From positions 9,052,001 to 9,116,000 of the forward strand of contig NC_135830.1 in the NCBI RefSeq assembly GCF_964213995.1: DNA of 64,000 nt, given 5' to 3'. Below the pieces are notes generated by a model. The model made no database searches, was not told the origin of the DNA, and saw nothing but the letters and a program-made list of their open reading frames with translations. The position numbers and the translations under genes are program-made. This DNA comes from Mustelus asterias. Its lineage: Eukaryota. Shown in pieces: positions 1-11,800 of the stretch (positions are counted from its first letter, which is position 1; the number at the start of each line of letters is the position of its first letter).

Positions 1-354
1 TTTTGATAAAATGCATGTCTGTTTCCATTGGTTTTTAACCAAAAGACATCGGGTGGAATTTCATGAAAAGAATTCGAAGTGCTGAATGAGTGAGAAAAGT
101 TTCAAACTCATTTCTTGGGCAAATTTTAAAAAAGCAATCTTGTGGCACTGAGTCAAAAACAGTCACAATATAATATTCACTGCAGGAGGAAGGGGAGGAA
201 CCTAAACTTGCTGGGGAAGCCAGCTGCTGATCTGGAGGGGTGTCATTGTGCATGCGCTCCATCCTCCCAGTTTCCATCTTCAGTGGACATGCCCCCCTCC
301 CCACAGAAATCGCCCCGCCAATCTCCTCATCTGTAGCGTTTCCCCCAAATCACC

Positions 355-585
355 AACCCCTCCCCCCAATCAGCATCCCTGCAGAGTTCTCCCTCTCGCC
401 CCCTCCCCGATCGCCACCCCTGCAGAGTTCCCCCTCTCGCCCCCTCCCCGATCACCACCCCTGCAGAGTTTTCCCGATCACCAGCTCCCTCCCCCATCAG
501 GACTCCTGCAGAGCTCCCCCCCGATAACCCCCTCCTCAATCACCACCCCTGCAGAATTTCCCAATCACCACTCCCTCCCCCGAGT
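355..585. repeat. Degenerate C-rich minisatellite (~43-bp unit, core CCCTGCAGAGTT)
   Basis: CCCTGCAGA(G/A)TT...CCCGATCACCA recurs about 5 times; it produces the Pro-rich spurious ORFs. Confidence 0.7.
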
Positions 586-639
586 CAGCTTCACCGTCCC
601 ACGGAGTGAGCCAGGGGTCCATTGGCGCCTATATTTGTC

Positions 640-1551
640 AAGACACATCTTAAAGTCACGATCGTATCTGCTTCCACTACCTTCCCCGGCAACGTGTTCC
701 AGGCACCCACCACCCTCCGTGTAAAAAACCTGCCTTGTACATCTCCTTTAAACCTTGCCCCTCGCACCTTAAACCTATGCCCCCTAGTAACTGACTCTTC
801 CACCCTGGGAAAAAGCTTCTGATTATCCACTCTGTCCAACCTGTCATAATATTGTAGACTTCTATCAGGTTGCCCTCCTCAACCTCCATCGTTCCAGTGA
901 GAACAAACCAAATTTCTCCAACCTCTCCTCATAGCTAACGCCCTCCACACCAGGCAACATCCTGATAAATATTTTCCGTACCCTCTCCAAAGCCTCCACA
1001 TCCTTCTGGTAGTGTGGTGACCAGAATTGAACACTAGATTCCAAGTGCGGTCTAACTAAGGTTCTATAAAGCTGCAACATGACTTGCCAATTTTTAAACT
1101 CAATGCCCCGGCCGATGAAGGCAAGCATGCCGTATGCCTTCTTGATTAGCTTCTCCACCTGCATTGCCACTATCAATGACCTGTGTACCTGTACACCCAG
1201 ATCCCTCTGCCTATGAATACTCTTAAGGGTTCTGCCGATAACTGTATATTTCCCATCTGTATTAGACCTTCCAAAATGCATTACCTCACATTTGTCCGGA
1301 TTAAACTTCATCTGCCATCTCTCCGCCCAAGTCTCCAACTGATCTATATCCTGCTGTACCCTCTGCCGGTCCTCATCGCTATCCGCAATTCCACCAATCT
1401 TTGTGTCGTCCACAAACTTACCAATCAAACCAGTTACATTTTCCTCCAAATCATTTATATATATTACAAACAGCAAGAGTCCCAGCACTGATCCCTGAGG
1501 AATGTCACTTGTCACAGCCCTCCATTCAGATATGTACCTTTGCACTGCCAA
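640..1551 (-). mobile_element. CR1-clade LINE, 5'-truncated ORF2 (reverse transcriptase C-terminal) fragment
   Basis: ORF 865-1551 has PQGSVLG, KFVDDTK, WQMKFNPDKCEVMHFG and LYRTLVRPHLE; the frameshifted continuation has TRGHRFK...FFTRRVVGAWN. Confidence 0.93.
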
Positions 1552-1802
1552 CCTCTGTTTTCTTCTGACTAAATATCTCTAAACTTCCTAACACCCTGTC
1601 ACTCTGTGATCCTTGTGAAATTTGAAACCAGGTATTCGCAAAAAGACTCAAAGAGCATCAGCCCACTGGAGGCTGAGACCAGCCAGTCCAGCACAAAGAA
1701 ACCCTCTGACCCTTCCCATTGACCAACTGTGAGAATGAACAAAATGCAGTCCTGGATGCAACTGAGAGCAGAAACAATAACAGCAGAATCCAACTCCTGT
1801 CA

Positions 1803-2729
1803 TCACTCGTGAACTTGCTGGTGTCTCAGCAGCCGGGATGAAACTCTGAATCCCTTCCCACACTGAGAGCAGGTGAACGGCCTCTCCCCAGTGTGAACTC
1901 GCTGGTGTGCCCGCAGGCTGGATGACTGAGTGAATCCCTCCCCACACTGAGAGCAGGTGAATGGTCTCTCCCCAGTGAGAACTCGCTGGTGTCTCTGCAG
2001 GTGGGATAACTGAGTGAATCCCTTCCCACACTGAGAGCAGGTGAACGGCCTCTCCCCAGTGTGAACTTGCTGGTGTCTCTGCAGGTGGGATAACTGAGTG
2101 AATCCCTTCCCACACTGAGAGCAGGTGAACGGTCTCTCCCCAGTGTGAACTCGCTGGTGTGCCTGCAGGTTGGATAACCAAGTGAATCCCTTCCCACACT
2201 GAGAGCAGGTGAAGGGCCTCTCCCCAGTGTGAACTCGCTGGTGTGTCTGCAGGTTGGATAACCGAGTGAATCCCTTCCCACACTGAGAGCAGGTGAATGG
2301 CCTCTCCCCAGTGTGAACTCGCTGGTGTGTCCGCAGGTTGGATGAACAAGTGAATCCCTTCCCACACTGAGAGCAGGTGAATGGCCTCTCCCCAGTGTGA
2401 ACTCGCTGGTGTGTCCGCAGGGTGGATAAACAAGTGAATCCCTTCCCACACTGAGAGCAGTTGAATGGCCTCTCTCCAGTGTGAACTCGCTGGTGTGTCC
2501 GCAGGTTGGATGAACAAGTGAATCCCTCCCCACACTGAGAGCAGGTGAATGGCCTCTCCCCAGTGTGAACTCGCTCGTGTGTCCGCAGGGTAGATAACTG
2601 AATGAATCCCTTCTCACACTGGGACCAGGTGAATGGTCTCTCCCCAGTGTGGCGGAGCCGATGAGCTTCCAGCAGAGATGGGGCTCTGTATCTCTTCCCA
2701 CAGTCCACACATTTCCATGGTTTCTCCAT
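1803..2729 (-). CDS. Tandem C2H2 zinc-finger protein (11 fingers, 2 degenerate); possibly a pseudogene or truncated
   Basis: Repeats of CxxC-x12-HxxxH with TGERPF linkers (84-bp period). Finger 2 has C>W and finger 9 has H>L. First ATG at 2729 (MEKPWKC); an in-frame TAA at 2799-2801 separates it from decayed upstream fingers that run into the gap. Confidence 0.85.
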   Translation of the reverse strand: MEKPWKCVDCGKRYRAPSLLEAHRLRHTGERPFTWSQCEKGFIQLSTLRTHERVHTGERPFTCSQCGEGFTCSSNLRTHQRVHTGERPFNCSQCGKGFTCLSTLRTHQRVHTGERPFTCSQCGKGFTCSSNLRTHQRVHTGERPFTCSQCGKGFTRLSNLQTHQRVHTGERPFTCSQCGKGFTWLSNLQAHQRVHTGERPFTCSQCGKGFTQLSHLQRHQQVHTGERPFTCSQCGKGFTQLSHLQRHQRVLTGERPFTCSQCGEGFTQSSSLRAHQRVHTGERPFTCSQCGKGFRVSSRLLRHQQVHE

Positions 2730-2958
2730 GGTGCAGGTGTCCTTACCTCTCTCTTGGGTGAACAATAAGTTGAAACATCGTCCACACACAGAACAAGATT
2801 ACAGTCTCTCCCCGCTGTGAATGGTGTGATATTTATTCTGACTGTGTAACTGGTTAAAGCTCTTTAGTCAGTGCATTGGAACACACTCACTCAAGTGTGG
2901 CAGTGTGTCGATGCTTTTTCAAATCTTTTCAAATCGACAGGCTGCACAATCATTTCTC

Positions 2959-3158
2959 NNNNNNNNNNNNNNNNNNNNNNNNNNNNNNNNNNNNNNNNNN
3001 NNNNNNNNNNNNNNNNNNNNNNNNNNNNNNNNNNNNNNNNNNNNNNNNNNNNNNNNNNNNNNNNNNNNNNNNNNNNNNNNNNNNNNNNNNNNNNNNNNNN
3101 NNNNNNNNNNNNNNNNNNNNNNNNNNNNNNNNNNNNNNNNNNNNNNNNNNNNNNNNNN
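2959..3158. other. Assembly gap (200 N)
   Basis: Run of N; the round length suggests a scaffolding join of unknown true size. Confidence 0.99.
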
Positions 3159-3187
3159 GAGGCTCCCGCGGACCTCGTACAAAAACT
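3159..3187 (+). other. Partial 23-type RSS (20 bp of spacer plus nonamer ACAAAAACT); heptamer and V exon presumably lie in the gap
   Basis: ...CCTCGT-ACAAAAACT at 3173-3187, the same spacer end and nonamer as the intact V RSS at 5943-5981. Confidence 0.6.
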
Positions 3188-3923
3188 GGCGCAGGTCCAC
3201 AATCAATGGTTCCTTGTCCGCAAAACACATTGCGTTGAATTTCAGAGAAAATGAACCTGACAATGCAGCCTCATCTGAGTGGCTTTCCCTCCCTAACGTC
3301 AGTGATTGTCACAGTTGGGAAAATGTGACATTTGGCGCTCAGATTACTCCTGGATAAATCCAATCACAAAACCCACAGATGTCTCGGGTGAATAACTTAA
3401 TAAATCAATACTTCTAATCTTTCTGCATCAGATGCCTATCTGTCAGGGGAACCTGTTAAATGTGATCCAATATTAAAGGCACACTGAGAGTTGTCACATT
3501 TTGAAGTTTCTGGACAGAAATAATGACTGATTGAATCAGTACTTTCCCAGTATAAGAGTAATCCCAGTGGAAACGCAAGTCAATGTGGACTTGGGTGAAT
3601 ACTTATCCCCGGTATAAATAAAGCAGTGACTACTATTATGTTCATGCAGTGGATGCACTCATTAATACCCGCAGAGTAAATGAGGGTAAATTATTTATTT
3701 CATTTTTAACTTTATTTAGAAAGAAAAATCTATCTATAAAAAGGGGGATATTGAGTTCGAACGAAAGAGGGTTAACCGAGAAAGAGACAGTGTAACTGAT
3801 AACGTTATTCACCTTTCATGGAGAGAGAAAGAGAGTGAGAAAAACACACACAGCCCGGGATGGAATGTGTTTGGAGGGAGCCAGCTGTGTTTAGTCCACC
3901 ACTAACAGTGTTTGGTCCACAGC

Positions 3924-3931
3924 TGACGTCA
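3924..3931 (+). promoter_or_regulatory. CRE (TGACGTCA) in TCR V promoter
   Basis: Perfect palindrome about 155 bp upstream of the leader ATG at 4086, with TATAA at 4021. Confidence 0.6.
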
Positions 3932-4085
3932 TCTCAAGGCGACCAGCCATTTGCAACACTGGGAAAACCCCCCAATTTGCCAATGATTGAAGCTGCCTCT
4001 GATCTGAGTTTACTCCGTGATATAAGACTAGAAGCAACAACATATTTTAAACAGTGTCGCTGTTTACTGTCCATTCAGGAACCAC

Positions 4086-4560
4086 ATGTTCCCTGCGTGT
4101 TCTACTGATGATAATGGACATGCTGCCCCGTGAGTCTGAGCTCAAATCCTCAGTGTGTGTTCAATGGGTTATATTCACTCACAGATTTCTCACACAGTCT
4201 ATATGTTGTTACAGGAACCAATGGCCAAACTTCAGTTTCCCAGGAGCCGCCTGAATTAACGGTTCAGGAAGTACAGACGGTAATTTTGAACTGCAGTTAT
4301 AAAGCTAAGTACGTTGACCAAACTCTATTCTGGTACATCCTGTATCCCGGAGAAGCTCCGAGATATTTATTGAAAAGTTACGGCCAGGGGAAGGGGGATA
4401 AGTCTCCTGATTTTTCGGACCAGTTTTCTGCTAATTTGGACAGAGACAAGAAAACAGCTCCATTAAATATCACCGGGGTCCGTGTCTCTGTCTCTGCCGT
4501 GTATCTGTAAGTGTGCGCTGAACCGCAGTTACAGAGACGCAGTTAGTCCGTACAAAAACC
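4086..4560 (+). pseudogene. TRAV/TRDV: TCR alpha/delta-type V segment pseudogene (leader 4086-4129, V exon 4215-~4523, degenerate RSS 4524-4560)
   Basis: V exon reads QTSVSQEPPELTVQEVQTVILNCSY...LFWYILYPGEAPRYLL...DFSDQFSANLD...PLNITGVRVSVSAVYL*. YYC is broken by a frameshift and stop; the leader ATG is out of frame by 1 nt (M-SLRVLLMIMDMLP, GTGAGT donor); heptamer CGCAGTT, 21-bp spacer, nonamer ACAAAAACC. Confidence 0.85.
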
Positions 4561-5942
4561 AGCAAAGGCATTCTCACCTCCTCTCACTGAATCCGATCTC
4601 TGAGCTGGATTGTGAACAGTTAATAGAAACAAAATCATCTCATTAAAACCAATTAAACCGAATGATCAGGTTCTTTGTGCTGAATGTCTGTCAGTGTATG
4701 TAAAATCCCTCTTTATAGTAGTTTCTGTCGTTTACGAGCAACTCTGAATAGGAGACTCTGGTGCTGTAATGACCAACATGAAATAATTACAACATGAAAT
4801 AAAACTCATCAGAGGCATATCTCAAAAATCATCTCAGTCAAAAACCATACATTCGCTTTAATGCACTCTATGTATCAAAGAGAGCGATGATTGTTCAGTC
4901 GTTTGATTTCTTGAAGGCAGTTGATAGATTTGTGGATATTCAGGGAAATAACGGATATGGAAGTAGTCACAGAGTCATAGAGGTTTACAGCATGGAAACA
5001 GACCCTTCTGCCCAACTTGTCCATGCTACCCTTTTCTAACCACTATGCAAGTCCCAATTGCCCGCGTTTGGCCCATATCCCAACAAAATATTTGTCTGAG
5101 CATGAAGACTTATCCCGCGGTTTCGATTTCCCATAGCACTTCTGGTGATTACAGCAGACTTTTAAAGAAAGACTTTCGGGCATGTGGGCTTTGCTGGCTC
5201 GGCCGCTATTTATTGCCCATCCCTAGTTGTCCTTCAGGAACTTTCTGACGCTCTTCTCAATTAGATTTTTGCATTCAGTCGATTTTCTTACCAAATGTTC
5301 CAGTGTCTAGAGTACACCAAACTTATTCTTCGAGATTATTAATAGAGATATTAATCATTGTTCATTGGATTCTAAGCATGTATTGAAATAAACTTTTGTA
5401 CCTTTACTGTTAAGAATTCTGAGTTTTAATATGTGTCAAGTGTTCATTGTGTTAACATGAGTCACATTCTTCCGAACTCTTTCCAATGAAGTTTCTCTTC
5501 GATTCTCAGTTGATATTTTATTTCATTACTGTAACATTGAGAGATGTTTAATCAGGCTGTTGTGATTATGAGGATTTGCCTCAGCAGGCGGGCATCAGTT
5601 TACACTATTGACTGACATATCAAACCGAACAGCATTGGTTTCTTTGCCCCGAGTGTTCTTTGAAACATCAGAACAAGGGTACAACTAGTTCAAGGCTACC
5701 TGCAGCATTTTGAATTCTCAATGTTCGTGCCGATTTCCCGGTGATTCCAAATAAACAACAGCTAATTCTTCCCTCGCACAGTGAATGTAATAATCAGACA
5801 GAATCTGTGAACGATTTTAGATGGTGTTTGTGTGAATTGTGGTCTGGTTTGCGTTCACAGGAATGTATTGACGTGTTAGTTTATAACCCGCTGTTAGAAA
5901 CAACACTCGACAGACAGCAGCTGTGACTCAGAAACCTGCGGC

Positions 5943-5981
5943 AGTTTTTGTACGAGGATTTCACTCGTTCTCATCACTGTG
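5943..5981 (-). other. 23-bp-spacer RSS of the intact TCR V
   Basis: CACAGTG (5981-5975) + 23 bp + ACAAAAACT (5951-5943). Confidence 0.97.
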
Positions 5982-7026
5982 AGACTCTGTGCACAGTAAT
6001 AGACCGCAGTGTCAGACAGCCGCAACTCCGAAATAGTCACTCGGTACAAATTGTCTGACTGCTGGACTGAATCAGAAATCCGGGTCTGAGCGAAATCCGC
6101 CTTTAATTCAAAACCGCCGTTCTTGTCTCTCCGGACTGCAAACTCGGGCTGTCTGCCTGGATATTGACGGTACCAAAATAAATAATAAGCACCGTCGTTA
6201 AAGGTGCAGTTTAAAGTGACATCTTCTCCCTCTGTCCGTGTGAGTGAGGATTCCCGCTGAGTAACAGAATCTCCATCGCTCAGATCTGAAACACACGGTT
6301 AAAGAAAGAAAAAACATTGTTTCAAAGTTCAATTGAACTAAGAGAGAAAATTCACTGACAGTGTAACATAAAAATATGTATTGAATGTATTGAATCATGC
6401 CACATTCTCTCCAACTGATCTATGTTCCCGTTTACAATCCCCTGGAGATTCCTCCCTCTCGCCTCTTCTCAATGCATCTGTCCCTTTCTTCCTCAGCTGT
6501 TTAGTTTAGTTTACCTTTAAATTAATCTTTGCTCCTCTCCTCAAGTGTTCATTGTGTTAATATGAGCCACATTCTACCCAACTCTTTCGAAAGCTGTTTC
6601 TCTCCGATTCCCAGTTAATCTCTTTGTTTCCTTGGAATCATGAGACATATATTTGGAATCCTTCCACAAGTGGAATCATCCTCTCCCCGTCCACCACACC
6701 AATCCTCTATTTAATTGTAAATAAATCAGTCAGGTTTTTTTCGTCAGTGGAGAAGTTAATCATAACCTTGCATTCTGATAGCTCTCATCTTCCAATCCTG
6801 GTACCATCTCTCGAAATCGCCGTTGCAGTGTGCTTTTCGAATCTATTTTCAAAAGATTAAAACCACTCGCAAGGATTCATTTGTGTTCTACGGCAGGTCC
6901 AATACCTGTATAACATGAATGTCCTGCTTTTCAACTTTATCCCTCCAGAAAATAATTCATTTTTAAAGTGTTAAACTCACCAACAATGAATGTCACCCAG
7001 ATCAGAGAGAAAAAGGGGAGCCGCAT
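5982..7026 (-). CDS. TRAV/TRDV: Intact TCR alpha/delta-type (likely delta) V gene segment: leader exon 7026-6981, V exon 6285-5982
   Basis: Spliced translation MRLPFFSLIWVTFIV/DLSDGDSVTQRESSLTRTEGEDVTLNCTFNDGAYYLFWYRQYPGRQPEFAVRRDKNGGFELKADFAQTRISDSVQQSDNLYRVTISELRLSDTAVYYCAQS. Phase-1 GTGAGT/TTCAG intron, no stops, canonical C-W-YYC. Missed by the ORF track. Confidence 0.92.
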
Positions 7027-7117
7027 TGCTGCTGCTCCTGGATTGCCGGGACCTGTGGCTCCGAAAACTGCAAAAGATCGAACAAGATAAAGTTGAGAGC
7101 ATTGGCTGTGGCTGGTC

Positions 7118-7125
7118 TGACGTCA
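7118..7125 (-). promoter_or_regulatory. CRE (TGACGTCA) in TCR V promoter
   Basis: Perfect palindrome about 92 bp upstream of the leader ATG at 7026. Confidence 0.6.
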
Positions 7126-7819
7126 CACCCTGCAGACCCTATGGTCGGAAGAGCGGAGATCACTGAATGGAGAATAAAGAGCTGATTGGATATCACAATC
7201 TACAAGTTAATTTATTCCTGACAGCGTCATCAGGTGATATCCAATAAGCTCCTGGGCGCTTTACTCTGGATTCATCCAATCAACTGAGAGCTCCTTTCTG
7301 CTAATTCATGACATCAGAGCGGGGAGCCGTGACGGGAACAGGAATTAAACACAATGTGGTCCCGTCAACAGTTTATGTCTTGGAGGTGTGGGAAGTGAAG
7401 GGAAACAGTTCGTACTGTGTTGCTATTAGTGCTGGGGGCTCCCATTAAAAGAACCATTACATCTGACCACAGTTAGTATAAAGTTTGATAGAAGGCAGCG
7501 AGATCGAACCGCTTTGATAATGTAAACAAATGTGGGCAATTCCACCTATGAGATGAATGAAATGGGGGCGGGTTTGCAGGTTTGAGCCGAATGTAAGGTT
7601 GCAGCAGCAGCTAGAATCAGACAAACTGTGAGGACCAGCTCAGCACAATATATTTTCAGCGTTCTTAATATCACAATCCGTCATCATACAGTTTAAAATT
7701 TAAGAAAATGCTCATTGGACTGAATGCCTCTATTTCAGATTCTATGTCTCTCATTGTTTGTCCAAATGAAATAACTGAATAATATTTCAAAGATGTAAAG
7801 GAGGAATTGTCTTGGGTTT

Positions 7820-8245
7820 GATTAAATTTGATTTGATTGGATTTATCGTTGTCACATATAGTGGCATACAGTGGAAGGTATTGTTTCTTGCATGCTACAC
7901 AGACAAAGCTTACCGTACATACAGAACATAGGGGAGAAGGACAGGAGAGGGTGCAGGATTCAGTGTTACAATTAAAACCAGGGTGTAGAGAAATAAAAGC
8001 TTAATGTATGGTAGATCAATTTAAAAGTCCAATGGCAGCAGGGGAGAAGCTATTCTTGAGTAGGTTGGTACGTGACCTCAGAAATCTGTTTCTTTTTCCC
8101 AACGGAAGAAGGTGGAAGAGCGTATGTCCTGTGTGTGTGGGGTCCTTGATTATGCCGGTCGCTTTTCCGAGGCAGCGGGAAGTGTAGATAGAGTCAATGG
8201 ATGGGAGGCTGGTTTGTGTGATGGACTGGGTTTCGTTCAGAACTC
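7820..8245 (-). mobile_element. Rex1/Babar-like LINE 3' end
   Basis: Translation LPSIDSIYTSRCLGKATGIIKDPTHTGHTLFHLLP...KNSFSPAAIGLLN followed by a 3' UTR with an (AAATC)n tail. Confidence 0.8.
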
Positions 8246-9038
8246 TTGGTAAAGAGCAGAGATGTGGAATTATTTCGATAGCCCATGCGAAGTCCTGGCA
8301 CAGGCACAATGGGCCAACAGACTCCTCCTTGACTGTGCGGTGCACAGATCTCCGTCTGCAACTGAAGTGACTGAACAAATAACTGCTGTCGGTGCAGACC
8401 TGGCTCAATATCGCGGTGATTATATTAATTTGGATTAACCTTTCCCGCACAACAGTCAAGAGCTAAAGGTTAACAAAACGCATAGAACTAAAGAGCAGTA
8501 AAATATTAACAGGCTTCAGCCCGCCCGAGAAACCATTTTCCTGAGGAATGGATAGCACCATAGAGTCATAGAGTCATAGAGGTTTACAGCATGGAAACAG
8601 GCCCTTCGGCCCAATTTGTCCATGCCGCTCTTTTGTTTAAACCGCGAGGCTAGTCCCAATTGCGAGCATTTGGCCCATATCCCTCTAAAACCATCTTACT
8701 TATTCTACTGATCACTGATTTCTTTTAAAAAGCTGACTGTGGTCAATCTCAAATAAACAGCATGGCATGTGCATTACCCAGTGACTCGATTGCTTTTGTT
8801 GGACAGTCATGTTTGCGTTTCAATGCTGTGTATTTCAGAGATATTCAATTCAGAATGTGTTATCTTGATATTTAATGTTGAATAACTGGATATAACTGGT
8901 TGAAATTATTCTACGGAAGATGAGAAGGATGCATTTATGCTTTATCAGAAATCACTGCCCCCTTAGTCATTTGCCGGACGAACGCTTTTCAATTTTGAAA
9001 TTCTAGAGAAGTTGAGATATAAGGTTGAAAGTAGCCAT

Positions 9039-9165
9039 GATGTTGAGATGCTGGCGTTGGACTGGGGTGGGCACAGTAAGAAGAATCACAACACCAGGGT
9101 AAAGTCCAACATGTTTATTTGGTAGCACGAGCTTTCGGAGTGCTGCCCCTTCATCAGGTGAGTGG
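9039..9165 (+). mobile_element. Short interspersed repeat, probably a Penelope-like terminal fragment (second copy at ~60497-60624)
   Basis: GCGTTGGA.TGGGGT.GGCACAGTAAG...CACAACACCAGG.TAAAGTCCAACA...CTTCATCAGGTGAGT occurs twice in the window. Confidence 0.55.
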
Positions 9166-9837
9166 AGAGTTGGGTTCACAAACAGGGCAACCGTTTAATG
9201 TAACGCCTGTCTTCTTGTATTGAGGTACATGAACTCTCAGTCTAACCATTAGAACCTGCAGCAACAGAGCGGAGCTGAACAATGCAGAGAGACCGATCGT
9301 TAGTTCCAGAAATAGTAAATTGAGAATCAGGACATACAGATTAAATAAATTGATTGATATTAAATGTTGAATGAAGCTGTGCAGGTTAGGTGGACGGGCA
9401 TGCTAAATTGCTCCTTGTGTTAGATGGATTAGATATGGGAAATGAGTCGTGTTACGGGGATAGGACAGGAGAAAAGGCCTGGTTACGATACTATGCCGTC
9501 GCTGCAGATTCGCTGGGCTGAATGGCCTTTTCAACATGTAGGCAATCTATAAACCTATGAAACAAATACTGAGTATATTTGGTTGAAATTATTCGCAGGA
9601 AGATAAGATTGAAGTATTAACGATTGCGCAGAAATCTTTGCTTCATTAGACATTTGCCACACGAAAGCTTTTTAATTTTAAAGTACAAATTAAATTGAGA
9701 TATCAGGTTGAACGTAACGGATGTGTTTTTCTCTTCAGTGACATGGGCTCTCGATCTTACCATTCGAACTTGCAGCAACACAATGGAGTTGAGCGTTGTA
9801 GTCAGGCCAATTGGGAGAAAAGGGCAGTTGGTCACTT

Positions 9838-9910
9838 GTTTGTGGAGTCCAGTGATTGTCACGTTCGCCTCACACGCTGAAGGTCCCCAGTTTAAACCTG
9901 GGCCGAAACG
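9838..9910 (+). pseudogene. tRNA-Val(CAC) pseudogene
   Basis: 73 nt resembling vertebrate tRNA-Val-CAC (TCACGTTCGCCT-CAC-ACGC..AAGGTCCCC); acceptor stem, D-arm and B-box (GTTTAAA) are mutated. Confidence 0.8.
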
Positions 9911-9939
9911 TTAATTTATTTTTCTTGTGTAGGGTGAGG

Positions 9940-10330
9940 GAAATCTGTCTGATTTCAGTTTGTTGCTGAACATTATCCGAATCTCGATGTTGCAGCCATT
10001 TTATATTTGCTCTGGCCTCGGCCTCAAATTCTTTGTGTCAAATAAGAAATGCTGAATTTTTGCGACGCAATGACAGAAACGAAACGTTCCTATTTTGACA
10101 CCGTGCACATATCAGCAAGCAGTCCAGTCTACTGCCCAATTTAATGGGTTTATAGGTGCAGACTAACATAGTTAATCACTATCTGAAACATGTCTAGAGT
10201 GAGTGAAGTCTGTATGATTTCAGTTTGGGGCTGAATATAATCGGAATCTCGATGTTACAGACATATTATCTTTGCTCTGACCTCGGCCTCAAATGCTTTC
10301 TCCAAAATCAGAAATGCTGAATTTTATGAC
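9940..10330. repeat. ~125-bp direct duplication (9940-10070 and 10205-10330)
   Basis: Both copies read TCTGT.TGATTTCAGTTTG..GCTGAA...GAATCTCGATGTT.CAG...CCTCGGCCTCAAAT...AGAAATGCTGAATTTT. Confidence 0.8.
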
Positions 10331-10618
10331 ACAAAGTTTACAAAATTGTGTAAATTCTCTCAGACATGTTGAATTTTGTCCAAAATGTATTTGAGTTTAG
10401 CATTTATTTAATGTCCTAATCTTATTAAATGAATTTTCTTTCATAGAATTTAACTTAAAATAGTCGGTTTCAGTTCATAAACAATTTCCTAACATTAACT
10501 TCTCCAGAGAAGCTTAAAAAGTGTTGGTCAGCATTTATCTGAATAAGTGTAAAGCTATTGAAGACATTTTTCATCGAAAGTAACATGGAAATTGTGAGCA
10601 TGTTTTAAAAGTTTGCAC

Positions 10619-10691
10619 CGAGCCAACCAGGAGTCGAACCTGGAATCTTCTGATCCGTAGTCAGACGCGTTACCCATTGCGCCACTTGCCC
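10619..10691 (-). tRNA. tRNA-Arg(ACG)
   Basis: GGGCAAGTGGCGCAATGGGTAACGCGTCTGACTACGGATCAGAAGATTCCAGGTTCGACTCCTGGTTGGCTCG, 73 nt, intact A/B boxes, TTTT terminator downstream; one A:G mismatch in the acceptor stem. Confidence 0.9.
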
Positions 10692-11800
10692 ATATGTCAA
10701 GAAGTTGCAGTTGTTGCACATTGGCCCGATATTTCGAAAGTTTCAAGCAGAAACTTTGTCAAAACGTTTGCGTTTACTTGTGAGGAAATGGTCCATCATT
10801 GCGATTGTCTTTATTCATTTACAATCATCTCTAATTGCCCTTGAATTGAGTTGCTGAGTTAACCTGCCGTGTTGGAATTCAAACTGCTGTCCAAAGACTA
10901 TAAGACGACCAAACCACGAACCATTCCCCTCAGAGAATCAACGCTCGAATATTACTTGAATGTAATACTTTACACGCATATAGCATTAGCTCTTACATAT
11001 GCCTCAATATGCATTCAGAAAGAAAATGAAACTGAGGTGCTGAGAATCCACTGCACACTGAGCAGGAAAAGTCATGCTCCTATTTTGACTCAACACACAC
11101 TTTCTCAGTTCGTGCAGTGGCTACAAGAACAGTTCAGAGGCTGGGAATCCTGCGGAGAGTAACTCACCTGACTCCCCAAAATCTGTCCACAAGGCACAAA
11201 TCGGGAATGTAAGTGAATGCACCCCACTTGCATGGTTGGTACAGGAACTCACCAAATACACCTTAGGCAGCACTTTCCAAACCCAAGACCGTTACCAGGA
11301 GGAAGATTCCCTCCAAGCCGACCACAATGTTGACTTGGAAATGTATCGCTGAACCTTCTCCGTCATTGGGAAAAGGTCATGGAATAACCGCTCCCCCCGC
11401 CACTAACAGCACTATGGATGTCCTAGACCAATAGACTGCAGCAGTTCAAGAAGGCAGCTCACCGCCACCTTCTCAAGGAAATTAGTGATGGGTAATAAAT
11501 GCCGGCCGAGCCAGAGACACCCGCATCTCGTCAATGAATAAACAGAAACATCCAGCCAACTGCCTGAACTGCCTGAACGGGCAATCATGGGGTCCCGTGA
11601 ACAGGTGAATGATGATAAAATGAATGTCCCCTTCCAAGTCAACCCTTTTGAAGGCTGCTTTTCGAGCGAGCGTGTTGTGTTGATGGATTCCCTGCAGTTT
11701 GTGCTCAGATTCTCAAACCAAGCCCCATGTGAACCAATCTGTCTGTAACGGGAAGAAATGAACAAAACCTGCGAATAGGGCAATAGGAAACAACATCACA

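Noticed and set aside
1648-2785. Long alternative-frame ORFs (295 and 319 aa) over the zinc-finger gene
   Set aside because: Shadow frames of the 84-bp finger repeat.
2871-3357. ORFs spanning the N run (also 26328-27336)
   Set aside because: Artefacts of translating N.
5982-6285. NAR-TCR supporting V delta
   Set aside because: It has its own leader and no extra CDR1 cysteine, and no NAR-type V-D-J is seen upstream.
6355-6405. Alternative leader for the intact TCR V (MIQYIQYIF or MWHDSIH)
   Set aside because: Wrong phase or not hydrophobic; the exon at 7026-6981 has a proper signal peptide, GTGAGT donor and upstream CRE.
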